Positions 11,480 through 23,399 of a stretch of 64,000 nt of DNA are shown one piece after another. The notes beneath the pieces are model-generated. The model did no database searches and was not told where the DNA came from. It was given only the letters and a program-made list of their open reading frames with translations. The first letter of the stretch is position 1; every line of letters starts with the position of its first letter. Location: contig CP000071.1 in assembly GCA_000002445.1 (NCBI GenBank), positions 1,376,001 through 1,440,000 on the forward strand, in the 5' to 3' direction. This DNA is from Trypanosoma brucei. Taxonomy: Eukaryota. Position numbers and translations under genes: made by a program.

Positions 11480-13085
11480 ATTTAAGAGGTGGGTTTGCTG
11501 CGTGTGTACGTTTGTGTGTGTGTGTGTGTGCTGCTTGATAGCTTGATGACTGAAAAGGGAAAGAAAAGAAGCGAGCTAATTCGTACAACGGAAGTAAAGA
11601 CTGCCAAACACATGAATACACAAGTACCAAGAGTTCTTGCACACCCAGACAAGAATCTACTAAACTCACGGGCATAGCTACTTGCATATCGAAAAAAGCA
11701 CCACGTTATTTGAAGGGGCATTCAACTCATGGCGACAAAGGAAGACACAAGAAGGTGGTTTCTACGTGCACCAGACAAGTGTCAAACATGACGCACAAAT
11801 CGCAGCATCATCAGAGAATGAAACACAACGTGTGTCACACACTGCTTCTGCTTACCCCGACAGAAAACAAAAGCGGATAACAAATACAACAAAAAAGGAA
11901 GGGAACTAAACAAAAATAAAGGAGCACATTGGAGCGACACGAACGCTGGAGTAACGTATTGTTGGCTTGGCGATTGATAAAACGCGTAACCAACCCTTCA
12001 CTTAACCCTGTGGGAACATGTTGTACAAAGGTAGAACATCTTCCAGAGTACGTGTTAGGTTACACGTGACACCAACTCCATCCAGCATTCAACATTCATT
12101 CGTGTGGCAGACAGAAGTTGATACACACATGTTTTCTGTGAGGAATAGAAACATGAGTATATATAGATAATGCTTTACGCCACGGCTTCGCAATGGAAAA
12201 CAAAATAACAAATGAGAAAGCATCCTTCCTTGGCCCTCCCCTCTACCTGCGAACCCAAAAACAGGGAACTGCCTGATGGAGACATAGCGCAAAGTAAAAA
12301 ATAAAAATCGTAACAAAAAGGGAGAAACACTCCAGTAGCGGCCCACGAAGATGTAGTGCAACACAAGGAAGCCACTTTGTGTCACACAATGCTGAGGAAA
12401 GAGATATACGCTAAAAGTTCTTTTTAAAAGTTCTAAAAAATAAAATATATAGATATATATATGCCTCCGCTAAACCAACAAAATAATAATCAAGAATATT
12501 TTCCCATTTCGTCTTATTTTTTTTTTTCTGTCTCATAGTTATGCATCACTCACAGCACCTGCCGCCACCATCCCTACCGTAAATAAACACGAGGAATTAA
12601 CCTCTCCGCCACAGGGATTTTGTTAAGAGGAAGGAGCCACTTTACGCAGGTCAGAGAAAACAAGGTATGAATCCATAAATACATAACTCTGTATGATAGA
12701 GGTGGGCACGCCGTTGCAAAGTGGGCATTAGCTCCTCGTTAACACGGAAACAAACTTATTAAAAAAGAAAACGTTAACGGTGTAAGCAAATTTTCCCCGC
12801 TTACACAAACATATTCACCCAACACTGAACACAGTAAAAAGAAGAAAAGAAGAGGCACCTCAAATAAATATGCTTATATACCTATACGTAACACCTAACA
12901 GTTGCATTTTGTCTACTCTTACACCACACTGAAGGTCATGCAACTGCTTATCATGCATGACACAAACACATGGAAAAAACAACACAGTAGAAAAAAATTT
13001 AAAAATTACCATCACACGACAGAGTTTGCCTGATTATTGCCGTCACTTGCTGCATGCTCCCACTCTAACAAAGGGCCAATGTTGA

Positions 13086-14462
13086 TTACACAGCCACATT
13101 GTAGATTGAGGCAGCCGTACCAAACACCACAGCGATCACTCCCGATATAAGGAGGAGGTACGTACACACGTAATTTACCACACCCACCTGAGAAATGCCC
13201 CAGTTACCACAGTACATCCGGTACAATGCGGGAATGCAGAAACCAAGGACACCACCGCAGAAACTTCCCAAAAGACCAAATACGGTATTCAGGTCGGGAA
13301 TGAAGAGGCCAAGGAGCAGAGCGCATAGAGCCATGCAACCGCAAAACAGGCAGTTCTTCCATGTTTCAAGTGTGTTCAAATCCCACCCAATGATGTAATA
13401 GCAGCAATCACGGGCTGGTTGCATGCATAGTGAAAACCCAACACAGATCTTCAGCAACATGCCCGCAAACGCAATTGCCATCATCACGTCACCCTTCACG
13501 TCATAAATCTCAAAGACAGTTTCTACGGATTTGTTCCCAACATCCGTATAACCGAAGAAACCCGCAATGATGTACACCACACAACACATACTCATGGAAT
13601 ACGTTGTGTGGAGTGTCATGCGCCTTGCGCTCGGTTTGCGCATCTCCGAGTAAATGGAAAAACAGTTCATATGGCACAGGTATGAAAACATGAAGATTGA
13701 CAATCCCTCAATCGCCCTGTTCCCAGATTTAAACATCTCAACATCCTCGGGAAGTTTCCCATCCTTTAATCCATTTTTCGCGGAGTGCACAACAATGCAG
13801 ATGACAAAATAAAAAACGAATAGCACAGCGATAGCGGAAGCGTAACGTAGTGAGTTGATTTCCTTGGGTAACGAGAGTGAAAACATTCCAACAAACCATA
13901 TGATAGACGTGATCACGCGATTGCCCGTCTTTCCCTGAAAGAACTCCAATGCAGAGGACCCAGATAGCACAGAGTCCACAAGGTAACCGGTAGCAATTAC
14001 ATAACTCACGCACGTCCCAAAGGTGAACAACCACGAGACCGATATAGTGAAGTAATCCCACCCGGGTCCAAAAAGGTTCCTCGAGAGATCCGCATATGAG
14101 TTGTACCCTGTCATTTCTACTGCCTGCATCATCAGCCCAACGGAGTATATAGTCAACACAGTTACAGTAATTAGAATGAGGATTGATGGAATCACACCAC
14201 TCATCTGAAAAGCGATAGCGAGACTTATGACTCCAGCCCCCAATGTGGCACTCCCAAGGTTAAACGTTGTCGAAAGGGCACCACCATGGGGAATGATTGC
14301 ATTTATACATTGCATGAATTTGGAGTCTGTTGTCAGAGTGTTACCATTCTTGTGATGACTTTTCTCGTCTGCCGCTGACATCGCGCCGTATCCCTCACCC
14401 TCATCGGTAACAACCTCCGTGTGGGCCTTTCCAGAGCCCAATGCTTCTGTAGGGCTCAGCAT
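13086..14462 (-). CDS. amino acid transporter (AAT family), array copy 4 (458 aa)
   Basis: The protein is identical to copy 2 (type B). Confidence 0.85.
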   Translation of the reverse strand: MLSPTEALGSGKAHTEVVTDEGEGYGAMSAADEKSHHKNGNTLTTDSKFMQCINAIIPHGGALSTTFNLGSATLGAGVISLAIAFQMSGVIPSILILITVTVLTIYSVGLMMQAVEMTGYNSYADLSRNLFGPGWDYFTISVSWLFTFGTCVSYVIATGYLVDSVLSGSSALEFFQGKTGNRVITSIIWFVGMFSLSLPKEINSLRYASAIAVLFVFYFVICIVVHSAKNGLKDGKLPEDVEMFKSGNRAIEGLSIFMFSYLCHMNCFSIYSEMRKPSARRMTLHTTYSMSMCCVVYIIAGFFGYTDVGNKSVETVFEIYDVKGDVMMAIAFAGMLLKICVGFSLCMQPARDCCYYIIGWDLNTLETWKNCLFCGCMALCALLLGLFIPDLNTVFGLLGSFCGGVLGFCIPALYRMYCGNWGISQVGVVNYVCTYLLLISGVIAVVFGTAASIYNVAV

Positions 14463-16067
14463 ATTTAAGAGGTGGGTTTGCTGCGTGTGTACGTTTGTGT
14501 GTGTGTGTGTGTGCTGCTTGATAGCTTGATGACTGAAAAGGGAAAGAAAAGAAGCGAGCTAATTCGTACAACGGAAGTAAAGACTGCCAAACACATGAAT
14601 ACACAAGTACCAAGAGTTCTTGCACACCCAGACAAGAATCTACTAAACTCACGGGCATAGCTACTTGCATATCGAAAAAAGCACCACGTTATTTGAAGGG
14701 GCATTCAACTCATGGCGACAAAGGAAGACACAAGAAGGTGGTTTCTACGTGCACCAGACAAGTGTCAAACATGACGCACAAATCGCAGCATCATCAGAGA
14801 ATGAAACACAACGTGTGTCACACACTGCTTCTGCTTACCCCGACAGAAAACAAAAGCGGATAACAAATACAACAAAAAAGGAAGGGAACTAAACAAAAAT
14901 AAAGGAGCACATTGGAGCGACACGAACGCTGGAGTAACGTATTGTTGGCTTGGCGATTGATAAAACGCGTAACCAACCCTTCACTTAACCCTGTGGGAAC
15001 ATGTTGTACAAAGGTAGAACATCTTCCAGAGTACGTGTTAGGTTACACGTGACACCAACTCCATCCAGCAATCAACATTCATTCGTGTGGCAGACAGAAG
15101 TTGATACACACATGTTTTCTGTGAGGAATAGAAACATGAGTATATATAGATAATGCTTTACGCCACGGCTTCGCAATGGAAAACAAAATAACAAATGAGA
15201 AAGCATCCTTCCTTGGCCCTCCCCTCTACCTGCGAACCCAAAAACAGGGAACTGCCTGATGGAGACATAGCGCAAAGTAAAAAATAAAAATCGTAGCAAA
15301 AAGGGAGAAACACTCCAGTAGCGGCCCACGAAGATGTAGTGCAACACAAGGAAGCCACTTTGTGTCACACAATGCTGAGGAAAGAGATATACGCTAAAAG
15401 TTCTTTTTAAAAGTTCTAAAAAATAAAATATATAGATATATATATGCCTCCGCTAAACCAACAAAATAATAATCAAGAATATTTTCCCATTTCGTCTTAT
15501 TTTTTTTTTCTGTCTCATAGTTATGCATCACTCACAGCACCTGCCGCCACCATCCCTACCGTAAATAAACACGAGGAATTAACCTCTCCGCCACAGGGAT
15601 TTTGTTAAGAGGAAGGAGCCACTTTACGCAGGTCAGAGAAAACAAGGTATGAATCCATAAATACATAACTCTGTATGATAGAGGTGGGCACGCCGTTGCA
15701 AAGTGGGCATTAGCTCCTCGTTAACACGGAAACAAACTTATTAAAAAAGAAAACGTTAACGGTGTAAGCAAATTTTCCCCGCTTACACAAACATATTCAC
15801 CCAACACTGAACACAGTAAAAAGAAGAAAAGAAGAGGCACCTCAAATAAATATGCTTATATACCTATACGTAACACCTAACAGTTGCATTTTGTCTACTC
15901 TTACACCACACTAAAGGTCATGCAACTGCTTATCATGCATGACACAAACACATGGAAAAAACAACACAGTAGAAAAAAATTTAAAAATTACCATCACACG
16001 ACAGAGTTTGCCTGATTATTGCCGTCACTTGCTGCATGCTCCCACTCTAACAAAGGGCCAATGTTGA

Positions 16068-17444
16068 TTACACAGCCACATTGTAGATTGAGGCAGCCGT
16101 ACCAAACACCACAGCGATCACTCCCGATATAAGGAGGAGGTACGTACACACGTAATTTACCACACCCACCTGAGAAATGCCCCAGTTACCACAGTACATC
16201 CGGTACAATGCGGGAATGCAGAAACCAAGGACACCACCGCAGAAACTTCCCAAAAGACCAAATACGGTATTCAGGTCGGGAATGAAGAGGCCAAGGAGCA
16301 GAGCGCATAGAGCCATGCAACCGCAAAACAGGCAGTTCTTCCATGTTTCAAGTGTGTTCAAATCCCACCCAATGATGTAATAGCAGCAATCACGGGCTGG
16401 TTGCATGCATAGTGAAAACCCAACACAGATCTTCAGCAACATGCCCGCAAACGCAATTGCCATCATCACGTCACCCTTCACGTCATAAATCTCAAAGACA
16501 GTTTCTACAGATTTGTTCCCAACATCCGTATAACCGAAGAAACCCGCAATGATGTACACCACACAACACATACTCATGGAATACGTTGTGTGGAGTGTCA
16601 TGCGCCTTGCGCTCGGTTTGCGCATCTCCGAGTAAATGGAAAAACAGTTCATATGGCACAGGTATGAAAACATGAAGATTGACAATCCCTCAATCGCCCT
16701 GTTCCCAGATTTAAACATCTCAACATCCTCGGGAAGTTTCCCATCCTTTAATCCATTTTTCGCGGAGTGCACAACAATGCAGATGACAAAATAAAAAACG
16801 AATAGCACAGCGATAGCGGAAGCGTAACGTAGTGAGTTGATTTCCTTGGGTAACGAGAGTGAAAACATTCCAACAAACCATATGATAGACGTGATCACGC
16901 GATTGCCCGTCTTTCCCTGAAAGAACTCCAATGTAGTGCACCCAGAAGCAACAGAGCCGACAAGGTAACCGGTAGCAATTACATAACTCACGCACGTCCC
17001 AAAGGTGAACAACCACGAGACCGATATAGTGAAGTAATCCCACCCGGGTCCAAAAAGGTTCCTCGAGAGATCCGTGTATGAGTTGTACCCTGTCATTTCT
17101 ACTGCCTGCATCATCAGCCCAACGGAGTATATAGTCAACACAGTTACAGTAATTAGAATGAGGATTGATGGGATCACACCACTCATCTGAAAAGCGATAG
17201 CGAGACTTATGACTCCAGCCCCCAATGTGGCACTCCCAAGGTTAAACGTTGTCGAAAGGGCACCACCATGGGGAATGATTGCATTTATACATTGCATGAA
17301 TTTGGAGTCTGTTGTCGGAGTGTCACCATTCTTGTGATGACTTTTCTCGTCTGCCGCTGACATCGCGCCGTATCCCTCACCCTCATCGGTAACAACCTCC
17401 GTGTGGGCCTTTCCAGAGCCTAATGGTTCTGTAGGGCTCAGCAT
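16068..17444 (-). CDS. amino acid transporter (AAT family), array copy 5 (458 aa)
   Basis: The protein is identical to copy 1 (type A). Confidence 0.85.
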   Translation of the reverse strand: MLSPTEPLGSGKAHTEVVTDEGEGYGAMSAADEKSHHKNGDTPTTDSKFMQCINAIIPHGGALSTTFNLGSATLGAGVISLAIAFQMSGVIPSILILITVTVLTIYSVGLMMQAVEMTGYNSYTDLSRNLFGPGWDYFTISVSWLFTFGTCVSYVIATGYLVGSVASGCTTLEFFQGKTGNRVITSIIWFVGMFSLSLPKEINSLRYASAIAVLFVFYFVICIVVHSAKNGLKDGKLPEDVEMFKSGNRAIEGLSIFMFSYLCHMNCFSIYSEMRKPSARRMTLHTTYSMSMCCVVYIIAGFFGYTDVGNKSVETVFEIYDVKGDVMMAIAFAGMLLKICVGFSLCMQPARDCCYYIIGWDLNTLETWKNCLFCGCMALCALLLGLFIPDLNTVFGLLGSFCGGVLGFCIPALYRMYCGNWGISQVGVVNYVCTYLLLISGVIAVVFGTAASIYNVAV

Positions 17445-19049
17445 ATTTAAGAGGTGGGTTTGCTGCGTGTGTACGTTTGTGTGTGTGTGTGTGTGCTGCT
17501 TGATAGCTTGATGACTGAAAAGGGAAAGAAAAGAAGCGAGCTAATTCGTACAACGGAAGTAAAGACTGCCAAACACATGAATACACAAGTACCAAGAGTT
17601 CTTGCACACCCAGACAAGAATCTACTAAACTCACGGGCATAGCTACTTGCATATCGAAAAAAGCACCACGTTATTTGAAGGGGCATTCAACTCATGGCGA
17701 CAAAGGAAGACACAAGAAGGTGGTTTCTACGTGCACCAGACAAGTGTCAAACATGACGCACAAATCGCAGCATCATCAGAGAATGAAACACAACGTGTGT
17801 CACACACTGCTTCTGCTTACCCCGACAGAAAACAAAAGCGGATAACAAATACAACAAAAAAGGAAGGGAACTAAACAAAAATAAAGGAGCACATTGGAGC
17901 GACACGAACGCTGGAGTAACGTATTGTTGGCTTGGCGATTGATAAAACGCGTAACCAACCCTTCACTTAACCCTGTGGGAACATGTTGTACAAAGGTAGA
18001 ACATCTTCCAGAGTACGTGTTAGGTTACACGTGACACCAACTCCATCCAGCAATCAACATTCATTCGTGTGGCAGACAGAAGTTGATACACACATGTTTT
18101 CTGTGAGGAATAGAAACATGAGTATATATAGATAATGCTTTACGCCACGGCTTCGCAATGGAAAACAAAATAACAAATGAGAAAGCATCCTTCCTTGGCC
18201 CTCCCCTCTACCTGCGAACCCAAAAACAGGGAACTGCCTGATGGAGACATAGCGCAAAGTAAAAAATAAAAATCGTAGCAAAAAGGGAGAAACACTCCAG
18301 TAGCGGCCCACGAAGATGTAGTGCAACACAAGGAAGCCACTTTGTGTCACACAATGCTGAGGAAAGAGATATACGCTAAAAGTTCTTTTTAAAAGTTCTA
18401 AAAAATAAAATATATAGATATATATATGCCTCCGCTAAACCAACAAAATAATAATCAAGAATATTTTCCCATTTCGTCTTATTTTTTTTTTCTGTCTCAT
18501 AGTTATGCATCACTCACAGCACCTGCCGCCACCATCCCTACCGTAAATAAACACGAGGAATTAACCTCTCCGCCACAGGGATTTTGTTAAGAGGGAGGAG
18601 CCACTTTACGCAGGTCAGAGAAAACAAGGTATGAATCCATAAATACATAACTCTGTATGATAGAGGTGGGCACGCCGTTGCAAAGTGGGCATTAGCTCCT
18701 CGTTAACACGGAAACAAACTTATCAAAAAAGAAAACGTTAACGGTGTAAGCAAATTTTCCCCGCTTACACAAACATATTCACCCAACACTGAACACAGTA
18801 AAAAGAAGAAAAGAAGAGGCACCTCAAATAAATATGCTTATATACCTATACGTAACACCTAACAGTTGCATTTTGTCTACTCTTACACCACACTAAAGGT
18901 CATGCAACTGCTTATCATGCATGACACAAACACATGGAAAAAATAACACAGTAGAAAAAAATTTAAAAATTACCATCACACGACAGAGTTTGCCTGATTA
19001 TTGCCGTCACTTGCTGCATGCTCCCACTCTAACAAAGGGCCAATGTTGA

Positions 19050-19166
19050 TTACACAGCCACATTGTAGATTGAGGCAGCCGTACCAAACACCACAGCGAT
19101 CACTCCCGATATAAGGAGGAGGTACGTGCACACGTAATTTACCACACCCACCTGAGAAATGCCCCA
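19050..19166 (-). pseudogene. truncated 3' fragment (last ~38 codons plus stop) of a sixth AAT copy at the upstream edge of the array
   Basis: The sequence 19041-19166 matches the 3' end of the intact copies (ccaatgttgattacacagccacattgtagattgaggcagcc...gaaatgcccca). Homology stops abruptly at about 19166, where T-rich unrelated sequence begins. Confidence 0.8.
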
Positions 19167-19199
19167 TTTTTATATATACGTTGTGGTGTCCAGATGAAT

Positions 19200-19520
19200 T
19201 GCTTTTCCTTCGATATATTTGTTGTTAGTACATTTTTAAATAGCTGTATTGTTGTTTCTGGTTTATTCTTTTTCTTCATTTTACTTTTTTTCTGTTCATT
19301 GTCTTTTTTTGTTTGTTGTTACGTGGATGTTTAATAGTCGATATGAGTTCGTATTCGTTAAATATATTTTTAGTGTTTCACTGCTGATTATTTTTATCTT
19401 TTTGTGTGTTGTTTTGTTTTCTGTGTATGGGTTTTTATTTACACATGCCGTTCATGGTGTTTTTTCCCGGTCCTTCTACCTATTTTTGGGACGAACACGA
19501 ATGTGTTAGGTGCTTTGAAG
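19200..19520. repeat. T-rich (plus strand) low-complexity tract flanking the upstream edge of the AAT array
   Basis: About 320 bp that is more than 60% T on the plus strand, A-rich on the transcribed strand, with no credible ORF. Confidence 0.7.
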
Positions 19521-20416
19521 TGACGCCTCGGTTACTGATTTCCTCGTACATGCGTTGTAGAAGGGGTGTTGCTCGTTTTTCGTTTCGCTGGTTGTGAAGA
19601 AGTTGAGTTGGTGTAGTGAGGCATCACCGCGCTCTTGTGGTACGATCCTCAAATGAGAATACGTGCACACCGTTAATTCTGTTTCAAATTCTTCTGATCA
19701 AGTCTCATTGTTATTTGTCATACCGAACGCCGGGTCACGTATAATTCTCGTGATTCATTACAAACAGTCTCGTCATATAACGAGGTCATAGTGGATATCA
19801 GCACGATTCTGTAAACAGATGTGGCACCTATCATAAGGGAGAATGTTACCGCCACAACTGAATTGTGTGGCGACATTTTCGATGGGAATCGGTAACGTCG
19901 TTCAGGCACCTTGCTGGGTGCGATACAGTAACGGTAGGAAGAATCTAGACTACCGTCACGTCCTGTATAGTGTCACCCGAAGTGACAATAAAAAGAAAGA
20001 CAACAGAGAATTTCGTCACCACCAAAATTTCCAGTGGAGCGAAAACGAAGCACACCACTCGTTAGCCGGAATAAAGAGACCCCGAAAGACAAGTCACTCT
20101 ACTCTAATAGGTGCCGCAGTCCGCGAAGCAAGGCTTCCTTGCATAAGCATTTTATGTATCCCTACCTTCATCATCACTTTTAATTTCCAAATAAATGCGA
20201 TAATTTTTATTTTCTTGTTTCAAAAAAGAGGAAGCATGTGTGGAAGTGGGAAAGTGCAGGTAGACTATTAGCGCTACACAATCGTGAGAGGAAGAGACGC
20301 AGGCAGTGTGTAAGAGCGGGGCCACACAGTGTTATAGGTGTCACAGCATTTAAGTATGGGCACGCATATGCCAGCGTGTGCCTGTATATAGTAGTGCATG
20401 TGAGGCACTGGTTTTC

Positions 20417-21214
20417 CTACCTTTGTCCTCCTTTTAAATACCATTCCAAGACTGAGCTAGCTGCTTTCGGAAGAGATCGACCCCACCGTACAGGCAACCC
20501 CATCAAGAAGCAAGAAAGGACTGCGGAATCTCTTATAGCAACAATAGTTCCATTTTCACAATGTACCAACTCACAAAAACCATCGGAAAACCGGAATTCT
20601 ATGAATGCTCCTTCTACGCGGAAGGAGGATAAAAAGCACAAACGTGACTGATCATTACAAGCTGATGTCTCATGGAAACTAACAGCATTTACCCCCATCA
20701 CTTCCGCAACTTCGCCAGCCCATGGAAACCTACGCTCTATGTCAGATCTCGACAACACGATCGATTTTTCAATGCAAGAATTCGAATCAATAAAGTAACT
20801 TGGAAGATCGTCACGAGTAGATATAAGAAGGTTGGCGCCATCGATGAAATGGCACCCAAGAATGTCTCGATGGATCTGGTAGCAAAGTGCAATTGCTCTA
20901 GAGCTCTCACTCTCACTCCAGTAGACAGTAGGCCTCATTACCTTGCTCACCAGTGCAGTGAAAGGAGTAAGCCCCATTTTACCGCCACAGCGCAGACACA
21001 CATCTTTTCCGCTCTTTGAGCAATGGAAAAAGGGACCCTCGGAGTACTCCATAAAACAAATATCACAAACGTAGCCATTTTGGTATTCGGGCTCATGATC
21101 TATTGGAAGCACTTCAAAATACCTAAAAGTGCACTTATTTTTGTCCTTCATCGTCCCTCCAATAGTCAAAAAAGAAGAAGTAATGACATAAAGTGTAAAT
21201 AATACGCACCTCAT
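20417..21214 (-). CDS. hypothetical protein (265 aa) with a CxxC-x19-CxxC zinc-ribbon motif
   Basis: The ORF starts at an ATG (21214..21212) and has non-repetitive, protein-like composition. It contains CDICFMEYSEGPFFHCSKSGKDVCLRCGG. An alternative start at MKDKNK (21151) is possible. I did not recognise a family. Confidence 0.5.
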   Translation of the reverse strand: MRCVLFTLYVITSSFLTIGGTMKDKNKCTFRYFEVLPIDHEPEYQNGYVCDICFMEYSEGPFFHCSKSGKDVCLRCGGKMGLTPFTALVSKVMRPTVYWSESESSRAIALCYQIHRDILGCHFIDGANLLISTRDDLPSYFIDSNSCIEKSIVLSRSDIERRFPWAGEVAEVMGVNAVSFHETSACNDQSRLCFLSSFRVEGAFIEFRFSDGFCELVHCENGTIVAIRDSAVLSCFLMGLPVRWGRSLPKAASSVLEWYLKGGQR

Positions 21215-23399
21215 TCAGTGGTTAGTGGTGGCAGTTCAAACTCAGACAATGAAAATACACGTGCCCGTGGTAGAGAAATTTCTGAGACTGTATACATGCA
21301 TACAGAAATGAATAGACATGTCTATGTCCATGCAACCCCAGTAGTTCGCGACATTGAACACACAAGCACACTGAGTTTCATAACCAATGCTTCCCTGTCG
21401 TTGCGATAAGGGCTTCAATTCACTCTCGTAAGCGAAGCCCCTGTGTCAGACGCGCGGTAAACAGCCACAGGTATGAAGAGACTTTCTTCTCCCTAACACA
21501 ACGCGGGTAACCAACCTCAACTTTATTCTTTAAAAGCTAAATCACTTGTACACCGCAAGGGAAAACAACTCGCCACCAACATGAATACAGCTTTGTGACA
21601 TCAAGGGGTCGGAAAGCTGAAATACTTGGCCCACATTAAAGTTAAACGATCAACATACGTACGAACAACCATACATATACACTTACATGTGCAGAAAGCT
21701 GAGAAAGACGTAGACTCTTCAGATATGGAAATACTGAAGACGACGTAAGAGCGACAACAACGGATAAAGAAAGATCCCTTCTTCACAACCGCAACAGTGG
21801 CAACCAAACGGTTCGTTAAATTTTTATTCGTGATCGCAGAGTGAACAAACCATGGTTGCCCACTAACAAATATAGCAGTATCAATAACAACAACAGTCCT
21901 GACAGCCGACGCTGATACTTCCACATCCATCACAACACTAAGCACACTGGACGTACCCTAACAGTCCCTACGGGCACGTTGTCATAAAACGAGGGCCCCG
22001 GTGCTACGAGCAATAGAATACGCAAAGGTCAAAACATCAGACCCATTTCCAGCCTTTGTTTATCTGTACCTTCTGATTTTATTTATTAAGAGTGATTTTA
22101 TTGCAAAAAAAACAGGAGAAGGGGGTCGTGCTTGGGTGTCAGTGCTATGCAATGTCAAATACCTACCATGGAATCGACGTTTTCACGTGCTTCCATGTTC
22201 ATTTGTACATGCCCCTTCAATGGGGGAAAGTGGACATTCTCTCATCTCTCCTCCCCTGAGCAGGTTAAATAAAATTAAAAGCCGCTCCACGTCAATTGGG
22301 GGGGGGCACTTGGTTAAAACAAACAACTATAACCGGCTGCCTGGAGAGGAGGTTCAGCTGTGTGCGCAGCGTGGCGCGAACCATCAACTGAGTCCCTCCC
22401 CTAGGGACACGAAAAATGCAAAAGAAAACACTTAGTGGTTGCCCTTAACTCGCCTCAGAATGGTGGCAGGCTTGTCATGAAGAGTCATTCCACAGAGACT
22501 CTTTGACAGAGGGGATACGTAAGTCAATAGTGGCAAAGACATATTTGAACTAAGATGTAGTAATGTTGATTATCTTGCGTTTGTAGAGGAGTGACTGTCA
22601 AGCTTAGCGGTAAAGTGCATGAGTAGAGAGGAACATTCACAACTATTCCATTCACACTCCACCACGTGGTTCGAGATGGAGCGGTAAGTCACTGCATATC
22701 CCCCTCCTTTCTGTGGGATATACTGACGAAGAGGAACCTAACGATCGGTGACAATGGAAAAAAACAAAGGAAAGGCACACAAACTTTTCCTTTTCATTGA
22801 CAATCACCCCTTCATTCTTACTAATACCTCATTCGAGGAAGAGGACGAAACTGATCAATTTTTTTGTTTGCTAAAAGCGAAAAAAAAAACATTGTTCTTT
22901 TTTTTTTGAGTGTTTTTGCACAGCTCCTCGAGGTGCCTTGAGCGCATATACTTCAGCACAAACACTTAATTGCAAAATGAAAAAGTTAAACCTTGGACTC
23001 TGCCAAACGCGTGTGTGCATATAATTACAAAAATAACGCACGCAAAACACTTTGTTTTCAATGTAGTGGCGGGGTGCGCAGTCAATCCGGGGTGATGCGT
23101 ACGTTGCGACCGCGTTGCGCAGCATAAGTGGGGGGAGCACTCGCAGCACTCGAGGCTGTCTTATCGCACTAATAGTCACCGTGTTTCGTAGTGGGGGGAA
23201 CCAGAAAGCAACATGTCTAGCACCGGACTTCGTACTGAACACTGCGGCCTCAACAACGAAGGGGGGAATGATAATAATACATAAAAGAAGTAATAAGGAA
23301 ACTCCGCCGCCCCTACACACGAAAAGAGAATTTATTTATTTATTTTTATGCGCACCGGAGGTACTCCCACACCCAGATCAACGACGACGGCGAGACTCG

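Larger units (their letters stand above)
4112..19166 (-). repeat. tandem gene array with a unit of about 2,983 bp (1,377-bp CDS plus a ~1.6-kb repeated intergenic segment), 5 full units plus one partial
   Basis: The CDS copies are spaced at 2997, 2983, 2983 and 2982 bp. The intergenic ORFs (98, 66, 107, 89, 79 and 75 aa) recur identically in every unit, which shows whole-unit duplication. I treat those ORFs as spurious. Confidence 0.95.

Noticed and set aside
5438-18350. Recurrent 60-107-aa ORFs in the array intergenic segments and antisense to the permease genes (e.g. MTQSGFLVLHY..., MHIEKSTTLF..., MPQLPQYIRY..., MGLLHYIGLV...)
   Set aside because: They repeat only because the whole 2.98-kb unit is duplicated. 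They are low-complexity or antisense to a well-supported CDS, and they have no recognisable domain.
4112-19166. A regularly spaced repeat array that might be taken for a CRISPR or other prokaryotic repeat locus
   Set aside because: The unit is about 3 kb and contains a complete 458-aa permease gene. The context is eukaryotic and kinetoplastid. There are no short direct repeats with unique spacers.
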